64,000 nucleotides of DNA from Blastocladiella emersonii ATCC 22665 (lineage: Eukaryota > Fungi > Blastocladiomycota). The notes below the pieces were generated by a model. That model worked only from the letters and a program-made list of their open reading frames with translations, searched no databases and was not told the DNA's origin. Where the stretch lies: NCBI GenBank assembly GCA_025594325.1, contig JANHCV010000009.1, forward strand, positions 1,674,001-1,738,000. Direction: 5' to 3'. A program made the position numbers and the translations under genes. How positions within the stretch are numbered: the first letter of the stretch is position 1; each line of letters opens with the position of its first letter. This document shows, piece by piece, positions 1 to 13,429 of the stretch.

Positions 1-380
1 TTGCAGCAAGTTACGGTGGGTCAAGGGACCGATTCATGGAGAGTTGGTGGCGGGTGGGGGGTCGGGCGAGAGACCGAACGGACAACATGTCGTCCTTCGC
101 CGCCATCGCTTAATCGTTTTGATGTTGTCGGCGGTCCCCCTCCAAGATCGTCGATGACGGCGGCGCAAAGGAGAAAAATGTCTCCAAGTGTCTCCAAAAC
201 GCGTGCCCGGAAAATTGGGAAATTGTCTCGCGCACGCTCACGTGACGGTGCGACGCGTCGTCGTCCCGCGTGTCTCCCTCCCTCCCTCCCCTCGTTCCGC
301 CGCGGAACTCGAAACACCGCGAAACAAGGAGGCGAGTGTGACCAGCGACCTTCGCTCCTTCTTGCGCGTCGAATCAAGCC

Positions 381-3135
381 ATGAATGACACTGACTGCAT
401 CGCGCTCACGGAGAGCTCACGGAGTGCACGTCGTGTGGGCCTCAGTCTCCTCCCTATGCATCAATCTCATCTTGCGACGCGACGCGACGCGACGGGCAGG
501 GCCTCGGCCGGCAGCCCGGATCCAGTGCCACCACGAGTGCGCCGCCGCACACCAGGTACGCAGCCGTCGTTGTGGCTCGGATCTGCCTCGCCTTGGCGCT
601 AACGTCGGGTCACCGCGCGTGTGTAGGCGCGTCGGTCCGGTCCGGTGCTTAAGAAGTACCTACCAGCTACGTCAAGTCCAGCAGCTCGGCGATCGTGATC
701 CAGCTGTCGTCGTACCTCGCGCCTACCCGAGCTACGGCTTCGCCAACACGCTGTTCCGCGTCATGGGCACGCTTCTCGGCACGCACGCTCGTCAACAACG
801 TCGAGAACGGGCCGCTCGGGTAGCGCCTCGTACCAGCAACACGTCCCATGGAGCCGCCTTTACCGCAACCGCGACCGGGCGCCGCGATGTGTCGCACGAT
901 CTGGCCGAGTTCACGTCGTGCTGCGTGGCGGGGCGGGTCCGGCCATCAACGCATCGCGCCTACGCGCCAAGGTACCTCATCTCATGATCCCGCCACGGAG
1001 TGAGCTCGCGGCTCACGAATTGCATGCATGTGAAGATTCTCCGCGGGTGTCGATCCACAAGTTCGACTGATGGTGCCCATGGTCGAGCTCGTGCTGCTGA
1101 CCCGCCGTCGACTCGGTCGCACGTTCCGCCGCGGCAGCCGCGTGGCACGGCTCGACTTGCTCGAGTCGGCACCAAGTACGGCTACGTCGAGCTCGGCGGT
1201 GCGCCAATACGACAGGTACGGCGACGTCACGGCCGAGACACGTGCCGCTGATCTCGCTCTGACCTCATGCTCCCGGTCGTGTAGGCGGATCGGGCTCGCG
1301 CTCTCAACGGCCATCATCAAGGCTAGCCAGCCGTCGAAGCCGATCTGTCGTCGCATGCCGTTTCGGCATCGACTCCAACGCGCTCGTTCTCGGCTCGCGG
1401 CGCGGCGCGGCGCGGATCAAGTTGCTCACCAAGTTTGTCCAAACAACAGCAGCAGGCCGATTATGCGTCGCACAACTTCCCGGTCAAGTGCTAGTACTCG
1501 AGGGCGCCGCGCGTGCTCACGCTCTCGACGAGACGCGCTGCTCAAGCTCGGCGGGTTTATCTCATCGGCGACGGCAGTATCAACAAGGGTGCGCTCATGG
1601 CCATAGCGCGGACATTCAGAAGCCACCGACCACTCACTCGCGCGCCGACTGTAGAGGGATCGGTACTCGACGACTCGCGCGTCAGCATCATCAGCTCATG
1701 GTCAGCGTTACACTCTTCATCGACATGAAGGCCCTCGCGGCCGCGACGGCCGCCGTGCCCAAACCGTCGCTCGAGCACTCGTCGTGGGTACGCTCGCACG
1801 CCCGAGTCCAGTAACGCGTCGCCCGCCGCGACCGCCCGTGCTCGCTCTCCCTCGTGTAGATGCCCCTCCCCCGGTGCGGGCCTAGTACCCTCCTGGCCTA
1901 GTTCTCTCCCTCGGCACGCCCTTTGCGGCACGAGCCCTCGCCGTAAGCAAAGCGTAAGCACCGCCCACACCTCCCCCTTCATGCGCTCGTTCGCCCCAAC
2001 GTATGCTGCAGCGGACTCGTGTGTGGCGCGGCTGGCGGGGGTCTCGGCCGTGCGGAGGGGCTAATGAAGGGAGGCAAACGGTGTGGCGGCCGAGTAGGTG
2101 GCGGGTAGTGGCCCATGGACCTTGCGTCTGTTGGCGGAGCGGCTGGACCGATCTGAAAATACTACCCGTCGTACAGAAACGCCGCCCGCGCTGCACCGGG
2201 GGCACCCCGTACGCCGGTTACCCACCCACCAAGTTCAAGTTCAAACGCAGCGCTTGAGGCTCTCTCGATCGCGGGAAGCAGCAGGTACGGCGGCGCCGAT
2301 GCTCGTCTGTGGGATCGCCTACCGACTGACTCACGACGATTCTCGCCCGTCGTGTGTGTAGATCGTCATGACCGTTTTCATCACCATCTCCACGCGCATC
2401 CTCCTCGTCGATTCCAAGACGACGCGCGCTGCTCAGCAACCTGTTCACCTGCTTGGGCCGGCGGCGGCTTCACGTCGTGTGCAGTACCAAGGCGGGTTTT
2501 GACCGTGGTTCGAGGTTCCGCATCCCGACCTTACTTACACTCGTCACGATTAGAAGCACTGACGCTCACGCTAACGCTCACTCCCGCGTAGATCCATCCA
2601 CCAAGGTCGGTCCCCGCGGCGCACGTACCCGGCAAGATCATGCTGTCGTACCGCATCCTCAAGTCGAGCCGCTCCTCGCGTACCCTCGCTCGGCGGTCCG
2701 TCGCGTCGCCTTCAAGAAGATCAAGCGCGCATGTCTCCAACGAGGCCATGGCGGTTGTGCACAACTTCTCGTCTCGGTCTCGGTCGCGTCGGTCAAGTTC
2801 GACTGCAACCACCAGCATACGCTCTTCTCGTTCGTCCGCATCGTGCCGCCGCATCTACCTCGGCTCGCGGGATCCAAGCCGCTCAAGTTCCTGGCGGTCC
2901 ACGACGGGTACTGGTCGCGAGTATGGGACACGTGCCGAACGACGACGAATACATTCACCCCGGTCCATCCGTGACCCTCGCTACTTTGTTATTGGACTAC
3001 ATGTCGATGATCGGCGGCGTACTCGGGGTCGGCGAGCGGTTGCACAACGTCGCGGACCAAGACCCAATGCGGCTCGCCGCCCGGCGCGGCGGTCGCGGGC
3101 GGCGCCGAGTCGACGAGCGACTGCCACAGGTCTAG
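381..3135 (+). pseudogene. Degenerate multi-exon LRR/RNI-like gene remnant
   Basis: Canonical-looking introns (e.g. GTACGG...CTGAC...GTGTAG at about 1216-1284, and about 556-627 and 2285-2360) separate short LRR-like fragments (RIGLALSTAIIKA; VYLIGDGSINKGALMAIARTF; IDMKALAAATAAVPKPSLEH). No continuous frame. Confidence 0.3.
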
Positions 3136-3152
3136 TATGCATGCGGAGCACG

Positions 3153-4991
3153 TCACCGGCGCGCTGCGTGTCGAGCGACTCGGCAAACGTGTAGCCGCGT
3201 GCCGCGAGGTCGTTGGCCGAGCCACTGGCGCTCGTCGCTGGACAGCGAGGGGTCGCACACGAGTCGCGTGTTCGCCACCACCACCACCTCCTCCTCCCGC
3301 ACACAGTGGTCCAGCTTCAGCAATAAGTGCCGCCGGGCGATCTCGACAGCTTGATCTATGGTATTGGGCGTGGGCCGCCGCGCATCAAAGTACGAGACCA
3401 GAAACCGGTCGACGCTCTCATGCAGAAAAGTGCGGAACGATGCGACCGAGGCCAGGTCGAGCGACGAGGGCTGGCCGCCGCAGAGCTTGCGTTTGGTAAG
3501 GCTGACTTGCGCCAAGGAATGCTCAATGCTGTCCCTGGTGGACGGACGCGTTAAAGGGCTGAGAGCATTTGACGGCCTAAACGATGTCATTGAGCGAACC
3601 GAGCTCGCGAACGCGCTTCATGACGCCAGCAAGATGGAAAGGATCGGCACCTGACGACTTGGGCGAGCACTTCGGAGACGCGACGGTAGCGCAACCAACC
3701 CAGGGCCCATAGTTGGACACGGCCAATTCCTCCTCCCCACTGCTCGGCCATGGTCGGCATCGACCTCCCCGCCGCGCAGATTTGGTGTCCACGCGCCTAT
3801 TTCGCGAGCTCTGTCCCGGCGCCTGCGTAGAGTACCGGTACGCCCACGCGGATGGCGCGGCGCGTCCGGATAAAACTTTGCCAGTTGCATCAACTGATTC
3901 GCGGAGAAGGGATATCGGCAGCGCACACCTAGTACTTTGACGAATGGATCAACTCACGCAGCGCGTCCGCGTATTCGCGTGACTCAACCAACCGCCTTGA
4001 GCGCGGGACGTCGGATCTCATTGATGTACACATGGTTCTCTTCGAACTTCTGGCGGCCGTCGAGGCGAATCGAGAAGACGGCTTTGGCTATCCACCGCGC
4101 GGGCTTGATTTCATCAAGGGCTTCGTTGGAGACTGCAGACCAAAGCGAGGGGTACGGGAAGTCGTTGTCGTCTTCACTGAGCTTGGAGCTTCGCAAGGAC
4201 GAATGCTGGGTCAGCACAGAAGAGAGTCCGGAGCATCTCGATGGGAGGGTGCTTGGCCGTCTGATGACAAGTACTACTACAGCGGTCGGTTGTTGAGAAA
4301 TGTCCGACCCGCTTGAGGGCGTTTGTGCGAGCTCACAAACCGCTCTGGCAATCGAATCTCGAAGTCCCGTTCCTCCATTGTCTTGAGCGAGGGCGAGAGC
4401 GCGAGCACCAGACGGCTGTTTGAACGCATAGTCAAGTACATCAGGCGTCTTGAAGTCGTAAAGGAGGTGGAGTAACTCGACGTCGTTGAACGACCGGTGA
4501 TGCGGCTGAAGCCAGTCAGGGCCGAGCAGGTAGTCGAGAACCGGGCAAAGCTCCTTGGGCGAAGTGCCAGGTTCCGCGCTGACCATTGTGGCAACCAAAA
4601 GCCCCAAGATGCGTTTGTCTCGAAGCAACATGAGAAGCTCGGGAAAGACCATTTGGGTGGAGCGGATCGCCAAGGACATTGAGAGAATCGGCGCTGAGAA
4701 GGAGGCCAGCGCAGATCCCAAGAAACTCGAAAAGCCGAACAGGACGTTGAAGTATCGCATCGTAACCCGCGTAGTCAGAAACCAGATCGCCCGCGTCGTA
4801 TGAGAGCGCCCCCCAATCCTTGACAGGCATAGAAATCTTGAGCAGCTGCGGGGGCGACCTCCGCCACCCGTGAAGGCACGGAGTGGAGACTTGTCGGGCT
4901 CAAGCGTGTTACCGCGAACTGGAGCAAAAGTAACCAGCGACATGCATGGAAACGACTTTGCATGCAGCATATCACGGGCCCGCAGAAGCAC
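3153..4991 (-). CDS. Hypothetical lineage-specific protein, probably frameshifted or multi-exon
   Basis: Protein-like helical ORFs 3984-4991 (VFPELLMLLRDKRILGLLVATMV...) and 3153-3590 (FLHESVDRFLVSYFDARR...) lie on the same strand, separated by broken frames. No recognisable motif. Confidence 0.35.
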
Positions 4992-5715
4992 CGGTTGAAC
5001 TCGTCGCGGAAGAAGGCATCGCCGATGATCCCGTTGAGTGCGCGCCTTGTTCGGGTAAATGTGTCTGAGGAGGCGGCTGGTGAGAGCGTCGCGTATTAGA
5101 TCGATTTCGGGTGCACGTCAGTTACTCTGACCCAGCCGCCGTCCGCAAAGTCCAGTGTGAGGTAATTCAGGTCCAAGCGGTCAATGGGAGCGGTTCACAC
5201 GGGGCGAACATGTCCAGGTCCTCGCAGTTGACCATATCATGCGTTTTGCCTGCTGAAGGAGGCGATCGGCCCATGCGTTCATACCCGGGGCCGAGCTGGC
5301 GAGGTGATTACTGAGCCGGGCTGAGGCAGTGCGCACACGAGCGGTGAACGGGGCCGCGAGCTGGGGGACCGCCGCGACCAGTTCGCCGGGAAGCGCGCCA
5401 AAGCAGGGTGCCGCAGCATAAAGTACAAGCGCTCAATCCATTGCGACAAGTGCTGCGTTACATGGGCTGGGTGGTTGTCATTCAACGGGAGCCGGACATG
5501 CGCCGCGTCGCAGTCGAGCGAAGCGGCACTCGATTCGATCAGGTCACGGTCCCGACAACGTGATTTCGGAACGCGTGAGACGGGAGTGTCTCACGCGTGT
5601 TGGCTGCGCGCCCATGGCGGTGTAACCGTGGACGTGAAATCAGAGTAACGACCTTCTTTCATTGCTTGCTTCACGGTTGAGCGACCAAGACACTTGCGCA
5701 AGGGGAGAATGGGGG

Positions 5716-6477
5716 TTACAAAATGTGCGAATGCTTAAGGACAGCGGCTGTAACCTTGTCCTGCAGGCGGTCCTTGACGGCGGATTCCCAATCGGCGCGT
5801 GTCATGGCATACTGGACCCACTCGCCCGTGAGGCCGACGCGGGCGGCGCCCTCGACCCACCGCTCACCCGCGACGCCGAGGATGCGCTCGCACCACCCGC
5901 GCATCGCCGTGTTGCATTTGGTCGTCCGGAACCACATGGAGACGACCGGTTCGGTACCGTTGAACTTGGCGTGGTCAAACGTGGCCGAGATCGCGAGGAA
6001 CAGAGCCTCGTGGGCGATGCCGCGGCCCTGGAAGTGCGGGGACACCATGAGGCCCATCTCGGCCCGCGGCGTGACAGCGTCGTGGAACACGGCCGTGTCG
6101 GGCGACGCGATCCAGCGCGGCTGCCCCACGACGCCGACGGGCGTCCATGCAGCGGAATCAGAAGCGATCGAAGCCCAAGTCACGACCGCCGGCATGTCCG
6201 AGGCGGTCGGAGCGAGGATCAGATAGTTGCCAGCTTCTCCCGCAGCGTTCACGGCGGCGCGGTCCTCGAGATCCGCAATCGCAGCCTGGCGCGAGGCCAT
6301 GAGCGGGACCCCGCCGGCCGCGAGATGATGCATCGCGACGGGGTCCGACTTGAGCGCAAAGTAGAAGTCGATCCACGCGTCGGGTAGCTGAGGTGACTGC
6401 GGGACGAGCACGATCCGGCGGCCAACGAGAACGGCGGGAACGCCAAGGCCCATGGCGGGCGGCGAGTTGAGATCCAT
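5716..6477 (-). CDS. GNAT acetyltransferase, RimJ/RimL (Acetyltransf_3)-like, intronless, about 253 aa
   Basis: Motif A EMGLMVSPHFQGRGIAHEAL and a downstream TTKCNTAMRGWCER (N-x-A motif). Likely start is MDLNSPP at 6477, in frame with the 5716-6750 ORF. Confidence 0.8.
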   Translation of the reverse strand: MDLNSPPAMGLGVPAVLVGRRIVLVPQSPQLPDAWIDFYFALKSDPVAMHHLAAGGVPLMASRQAAIADLEDRAAVNAAGEAGNYLILAPTASDMPAVVTWASIASDSAAWTPVGVVGQPRWIASPDTAVFHDAVTPRAEMGLMVSPHFQGRGIAHEALFLAISATFDHAKFNGTEPVVSMWFRTTKCNTAMRGWCERILGVAGERWVEGAARVGLTGEWVQYAMTRADWESAVKDRLQDKVTAAVLKHSHIL

Positions 6478-7205
6478 GGTAAACGCTTGATGACGATGGC
6501 GATGGATTACGGAAGCAGGAGCGCGAGGAGGGAGAGCGCAAGGTATCTGTTGAGGACCGCGGGAAGCGAGCTGCATCGGGTAATCGGCCGGTGCATTCCC
6601 GATACCACGGAATGCGATGCGTCGCGGGGTGCGAGTCATGATCCACGTGTGCGGCGCGTCAAGAAAGTGTCTCACGCTGTCTCGCATCGCGGATGGTGGC
6701 GCAGCAAAGGTCAACGGACGACGCGTTTCATCCACTCTCAACTTCACCACACTTCACTGAAACTACGCTTAGGGCTTTCCGAATCACATCTGTTGATTTA
6801 ACTTGGCGTGAAGCTCTAATTTCGCGACGAGACCTTTTTGCGTTCGGGCGGCCAACGAGGGCCATGATGCCCATGTTCGAGTTGCTCCGGATGATCGGTC
6901 AGGCCTCGACCGGATCTTGGTGTGGTGCCAGCACCTCCCACTCAAAGTCGACGGTAGGATGATGCAGAACAGCAGCACATTTGATTAGTGGGGAGGGTGG
7001 GGAAACTAACTGAGAAGATAACAAGTGGAGGATGAGGGGAAGGTAACAGAAAGCACTCTGAGGAGGGAACAAAACGGATGACTATGACGATCAATCAACT
7101 GACAGCAGCTGCGACAACTGAGAAAACGACGAGGATCAAGAAGTACACGGCGGGGAGCGACTGGGACGGCCGCGGCGACGCGTGGTTGCTCGAGTCGCGG
7201 GCAGT

Positions 7206-10200
7206 TCACAGCAGCGTGGCGCCGGACGCGAGCGACGACGTGGACGTGGTGGCCGACGGCGCCACGAGCATCGACGAGGACGCGCTCGTGACGTTGTTGT
7301 TGTGGCCGGGACGGGCCGACGTTAACGACGACGAGCCGGCAGCGGTGCTGGGGCTCGCAGCCGCCGCGGCGCGGTGCGCCATGGCGACGAGGTGGTCGTA
7401 CTCGCCCGACTCGCGGCACATGTGGTTGAAGATGGACTCGGGCTGGTCAATGAGCTCGGCGGGCGAGCCAAACTCCATGACGCGGCCGTGGTCGAGGACG
7501 AGGATCCTACGAGGTGCGAGTGAGCGTTGTTAGCATGCTGCAGTTACATCCAGAACTAGACTCGAAAACACGTACTTGTCAAAGTCGGCGACGGTGCGCA
7601 GGCGGTGCGCAATGACGAGGATCGTCGAGTCGGCAAACTCGGACCGGATCGTCTCCTGGATCTTGGCGTCCAGGTCGTGGCTCACGTTCGCCGTGGACTC
7701 GTCCATGATGATCACCTTGGACCGCCGCACCAGCGCGCGCGCGAGCGTGACTAGCTGGCGCTGGCCCTGCGACAGGTTCTTGCCGCCGGCCGTGACGGCC
7801 GAGTCGAGGGTCCACGCGCTCGTCGACTGTGCCGACGCCTGCTGCTGCGCCGTCTCCTCGGACGCGTTGCTGCTGGACGAGGAGGACGAGGAAGAAGACT
7901 GGACGGCCGACTCGTCGCCACTACGCTGCTGCTGCTGCTGTTGCTGCTGGGCCGACTCGAAAAAGTGCACGCGCTCGAGCGCGTTGATGCACGTCGCGTC
8001 GTCGTGCTCGCCGAGCACGTCGAGGTTGGACCGCAGCGTGCCCTCGAACAGGACGGGGTCCTGCGGGACCATGGTGACGCGAGACCGCAGCACGGCGAGG
8101 TCGAGGTCGCGCGTGGCCACGCCGTCAATCTCGATGACGCCGCCCTCGGGCTCGACCATGCGCAGCAGCGTCAGCGCGAGGGACGACTTGCCCGAGCCCG
8201 TCCGGCCGACCACCGCGAGTTTGGTGCGGCCGGGCACCAAGAAGGAGATGCCGCGGAGCACGGGCGACGTGGACGACGGGTACCGCATCGTGAGGTCGCG
8301 CACCGTCAGGTCGCCGCGCGTCGGCCAGTGCACGGGCTGGTCGCCGCCCGTGGCCTCCTGCTCAATGGCCATGAGCTCCTCGAACCGCTCGACCGAGTTC
8401 ATGTTCATCTGTTGGAGGGTTGGTTGGATCGTTAGTTTGTGTCGTTTCGTTTGACGGCGAACGAGGGAGAGAGAACACGACGTACCTCCATCATGGCGTG
8501 GATGCGGACGAGCCACAGGCACGAGTCGGAAATGGTCATGACCCACGTCAGCGCGATACCGGCGGTGCCGGCGTACAGGCCGCCCGAGATGAGGATGGCG
8601 AGGCCGCACGCCATGATGATGACGTTGCTGAGGAAATCGACGCGGATGCTGAGCCAGCGGTTGGCGAGCCACAGCGCGAAAAAGGGCCGGTGGTGGTCGT
8701 CCATGCGGGCGTGCGCGCGCTGCTGGAACCTGGCCTCGGACCGGAACGCGCGGATCACCGAGGTGCCGCCCGTCGTCTCCTGGTACACCGAGTACACGGG
8801 TGAGCGCGTCACCGACTCGAGCCGCTTCAGCTCGCGACTGCTCGCGAGGTAGTACCCGGCAATGAACTTGTACATGACGCCCAGGGGAGCCACGAACGCG
8901 AGGAACAGCGGGCTGATCACCGAGACCATGATCAGGATGATGAGCACCGACGAGGAGGCCCAGGCGACGCCCGTCAGGGTCCAGATGACCTCGCGGTCAA
9001 TGGTCTGCATGTCCTTGGAGAAGCGGTTGGTGAGGCGGCCGAGCGGCGTCTTGTCAAAGTAGCCGATGGGCGCGCGCATGATGCGGTGCAGGATGCCCTC
9101 GTGCAGCTTGACCGAGGCGCGGAGCGCGACAATCATCTCGAGCACGTTGAACCCGAACTGGAGCACGATGTTGACGGCGCACAGGCCCGCGTACACGAAC
9201 ATGTAGAAGGCGAGGTCGACGTGCGGGGACGACGAAGCGGGCGCGTCGCCGTCGGCGAGCATGACCATCGAGTACAGCGACTTGGACGCGTGGTTGGCGA
9301 CAAACACGTTGGCCTGCGAGTACGACTGCGCCCACATCTTGAGCCACCAGTCCTGCGCCACGTTGAGGCCCTGCGGCAGGATCAGCCCGAGCATCATGAA
9401 GAACCACCAGATGAAGCCGCCCGTCGCCGCAAAGTACGCCGCGTACACGGACCACTCGACGGACCCCGTCGCCTTTTCCTCGTCCTCGACGAGGCGGTGC
9501 ACCTTCTTCTCGGGTTCAGCGGCACCAGCGGCCGCCGCGTCCGAGTCGCTGGTGCCCAGAACGGCTTCGGCGGCAGCGTCGGCGTCGCCCTGCTCGGGCT
9601 TGGCCTTGCCCTTGCCCTTGGCGGCCTTGGTGTCGGAAGCCTTGGCCGTGAGCGACGACTCGGAGGGCTGGCGCGAGAGCGCTGGCGTCGCGACCTCGAG
9701 CAGGCCGTCGGCCTCCTCGTCGAAACCCTGCGCCGTGAGCTGCGCGGCAACCTCCTGGATCGAGGAACCCGTGGCCGCAACGCTGCCGTCCTTGACGTAG
9801 ACAATGTAGTCGGCGCGCGGCGCAACGAGCCCAACGTTGTGCGTCACGAGAATCCGGGTCCGGTCCTTGAGGATATCGCCGCAGATGCACTCGTGGAACA
9901 GGTGGGCGGCCGTGGGCGCGTCCACCGCGCTCAACACATCGTCGAATTGGTATGCGTCGACGTTCGAGTAGACGGCGCGCGCGAGCGAGATGCGCTGGCG
10001 CTGGCCGCCCGACGCGTTCACGCCGAGGGCGCCGAGCTCGGTCATGTCGCCGGCGTCAAAGATCTCGAGGTCGCGCGTGAGGGCGCACGCCTTGATGACG
10101 GCCGCGTACCGCGCCGCGTCGAACGGCGCGCCGAACGTGATGTTGTCCTTGATGGTCGCGTTGAGCAGCCACGCCTGCTGCGGCACGTACGCGACGGGCA

Positions 10201-12606
10201 CCTTGGGCATGAACACGGACCCGGAAACGAGCTCGAGCTCGCCCAGCAGCGCGTGCAGCAGGGACGACTTGCCCGAGCCCGTCTTGCCCAGGATCACCGA
10301 AAGCTTGCCCTTGGGGAACTTGACCGACACGTTGCGCAGCTGGAACGCCGACGACGCGTCGTTGGTCGCCACGGCGGTCTCGCCGTCGACCACCGGGGTT
10401 GTGTCGGCGACTTTGATCTTGCTGGACAGGAGCGACGTGGTCTCGTCGGCGACGGCCTCGTTGAGCGCTGTCGTGGACGAGGAAGCCGAGAGCGTCGCCA
10501 CGGCGGCAGCAGCCGAGTCGGAGGACGAGGTACTGGAAGACTCGCCGACCGGAGCGCGGGGCCACTGGAGCGTCGCGTCCTTGCACCCGATGTAGTAGTC
10601 GCCGACGGCATGGTCGAACGAGCCGTAGCCGGCCGCGCCCGAAGCCGTGGCGGACGTGTCGATCGTGTAGTCGACGAAGTCGGGACCGTCGAGGTACGAC
10701 TGGATGCGCAGGATCGACACCTTGGTCTCGAAAAAGCGAATTAATTGGTCTGGTAGGTCCCAGAGAGGCATGCGGAGGACCGAGAAGAGCGAGATGGCCG
10801 TGAAAACGGTGGTCGCGTCGAGGTCGTGGCCGGCGATACCCGCGTAGGTCATGAACGTGCCCATGGTGACGAGCGTCGGGACGGCGTGGTACAGGACGTT
10901 GACGGACGACATCATGATCCAGTAGTGGCGGATCCGATTGACCTCGTTGTCACGCAGCGACTGGATGACGGCCGTGAACTTGGGCTCCCAGGCAAAGTAC
11001 TTGAGCACGCGGATCCCGCCGAGCACCTCCTGCATCTTCTTGACGCGGGCGTCGGTGGCCTCCATGACGAGCTCCTGCTTGTTCTCCATGATGGTGCCGA
11101 GCCACGACTGGATCGGGACCATGACGCACAGGAACGAGACACCGAACAGCGCCGACCACCCGAGCAGCGCGTACAGGGCCGTGATGCACAGCACGATCTG
11201 CATGGGCGTGGTGATGAGGAACTGGAGGTAGGCAACGTAGTCGAGGATGCGGCCGACGTCCGTGCCGACGAGCACGTTGACGTCCTGCTCCTTGGTCTTG
11301 TCGGCCTTGGACTTGGGTTCGCCGTCGGCCTTCTTGGCGGGCGCCATGTACGGGTTGCGCGTGAGCGTCTTGCGGTACAGCAGCGAGTTGAGGATCGCGC
11401 GCACGCGGGTGCCGACGCGGCGACCAGTGAAGAACATCTGGCCAGAGCAGATGGACGAGAGCAAGTTGCCGGCGAACATGCCGAGGACGTAGAGGTACGG
11501 CGTGTATGCGGGCACGTCGGCGGTCTGGCCGTCGAGGTACGAGAGCAGACGGTTCAGGAAGTAGGGACCTAGCAGGGCGGGGTGAACGTCGTTAGCCAAC
11601 GCTCCACCTCGTTTCGAAGCCGAGTTGACGTACCGCTGAAGGACAGGATGGTGACGCAGAGGCCCATGAGCATCTGGTAGGCGAGCAGGTACTTGACGGT
11701 GAGCAGGACGGCGACCCAGGTCGGGCGGCCAGGTTTGGCGTTGGTCGACAGCTCGCGGATCGCGGACACAGACTTGTCCTGCAGGGCGAGGTCCCACACG
11801 TCGGCGAGCTCGAGCGGCTTCTTGTAGCCCTGGTGCACGAGCGGCGTGAACCACGAGAAGGTGGCGAGCTGCAGGACCGAGGCGAACGGCTCGAGCGACA
11901 TGGTTGGGCCGGCAGCCTCACCGGCATTCTGCGACGACGCGAGCAGCAGCTTCTGCTTGACGTGGGTGATGCGGTTGTACTCGAGCGTGCTCCAGATGAA
12001 GGCGGCGAGGACGAGCGAGGCCTGGGCGATCGGCAGCATGTGCTCGGGCGCGAGCTGGGTGGCGCCGAGCAGGACCGAGCGCAGGTTGACGAGGGCGGCG
12101 ACCAGATCGACGAACAGGATGGCGACGAGCGAGAAGATGCGGGAGCCGCGCATCGAGGCGGCGGCGAGGGTGGCGGCCGCGGCAAAGACGGCGTGCAGGC
12201 CCTGGACGGCGGCCTCGTTGGCGTCGCCGGCCGTGACGGCGGCGTTGAGCGTGCCGGCAACGAGGGCGGCCGCGTAGGCGCCGAGCGTGGCGGCGAGCAG
12301 CTTACGCAGCAGCGACAGGCGGGCGTTGACCTGGGTCAGGGCGGCGGTGGCGGCGAGCGGGACGACGGTGCCGCCCTCCATGGCGGTATCGCCGAGGTCC
12401 TCGGACGGGTCGTCAACGGGCAGCTGCATGTAGGCGGGCGCATCGCGGGCGCGGTAGCGGAGGCGGTAGGCGGCCCAGACGAGTGCGCCGGCGCCGAGCG
12501 GGGCGGCGGTGCGCACGACCCAGGCGAGGAAGCACGGCGACAGGTCGTCGGGGCGGGCCGGGTCGGACGGCGACCAGTGGCCCGAGGGGCATAGCAGCGA
12601 CGACAT
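7206..12606 (-). CDS. ABCC/MRP-type ABC transporter (YBT1/BPT1/YCF1-like), 4 exons, about 1729 aa
   Basis: Exons 12606-11634, 11568-8486, 8408-7576 and 7506-7206 total 5190 nt in frame. TMD0-like N-terminus. NBD1 has GKTGSGKS, SGGQRQR and DDVLSAVD. NBD2 has GRTGSGKS, LSQGQRQL, IIMDESTA and IAHRLRT. Confidence 0.93.
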
Positions 12607-13429
12607 GGTTGCTGCTGGTGCGAGCAGAGTCGGAGAGGCCGTGGCGGTGATGGTGGGGACGGCGTGCGCGAGGACAGGCGCTCAGCGACGGAGCAGAAGA
12701 CTCGCGGCGGGCTGTGAAGGAGCGGACAGTCCGTTAGCCTCGAGGATCCGGCCACCAGCAGTGCGAGTGGACAGCGGGTGCGGGAGAGAGAGGGGGAGGC
12801 GGGGGCGACGCCGTTTTGAGGGCGGAGCGGGGAAGCGGGGGAAGCGGGAGAAGGCCCGGGTCGGCGTCACCGGAAAGGACGCCCATCGATTACCCAATTG
12901 CTTCACCGCCGGACTCTTATGTGCGCGAGCGCGGAGCAAACGTACCGGGAGTGACTTGGTCGGTTAACCGAGTCGGGTCGGGGAGTGTGTACTGGCTGGT
13001 AAGGGGCGAGGCAGCAGCGGCGGCAGTGGTTGCGGGGCGGCAACAGGCCAGAGAGAGAGGTCAGAGGGGCAGGACGCTTCTGAAGAGCGTACATGTGGGG
13101 TGCGGGGGGACCGAGAGGGTCTTGTACCTGACTGGACTGCGGGGGTGCGAGTGCATGACGTGATGGATGGGCGCAAGTGGGCGACCTGCCGACCAAGGCG
13201 CAGCACGGCTGAAACGCCGCGAGACAGGTCTGTTTTGAGTCACAATCGCAGGGCGCGGCGCGCACGCAACTGGTGGGCGTGCGTGGGACGCGTCGGATGG
13301 GCCAATCCGGCAGCCCCCCGATCCGCTCGCGGTCGAGTGACGCACTTCGATGCGCTTATCCCAGCCAATTCCCGCCCATTCTGTATTTACACGGTCCGCC
13401 TCCACCACGCGAACAACCAACTCAATCCA

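Noticed and set aside
1555-1610. VYLIGDGSINKG resembling a thiamine-diphosphate-binding GDG motif
   Set aside because: There is no downstream NN motif or enzyme context. The surrounding fragments fit LRR-type repeats better.
5571-5620. Hairpin as a Helitron 3' terminus
   Set aside because: No CTRR follows the hairpin on either strand.
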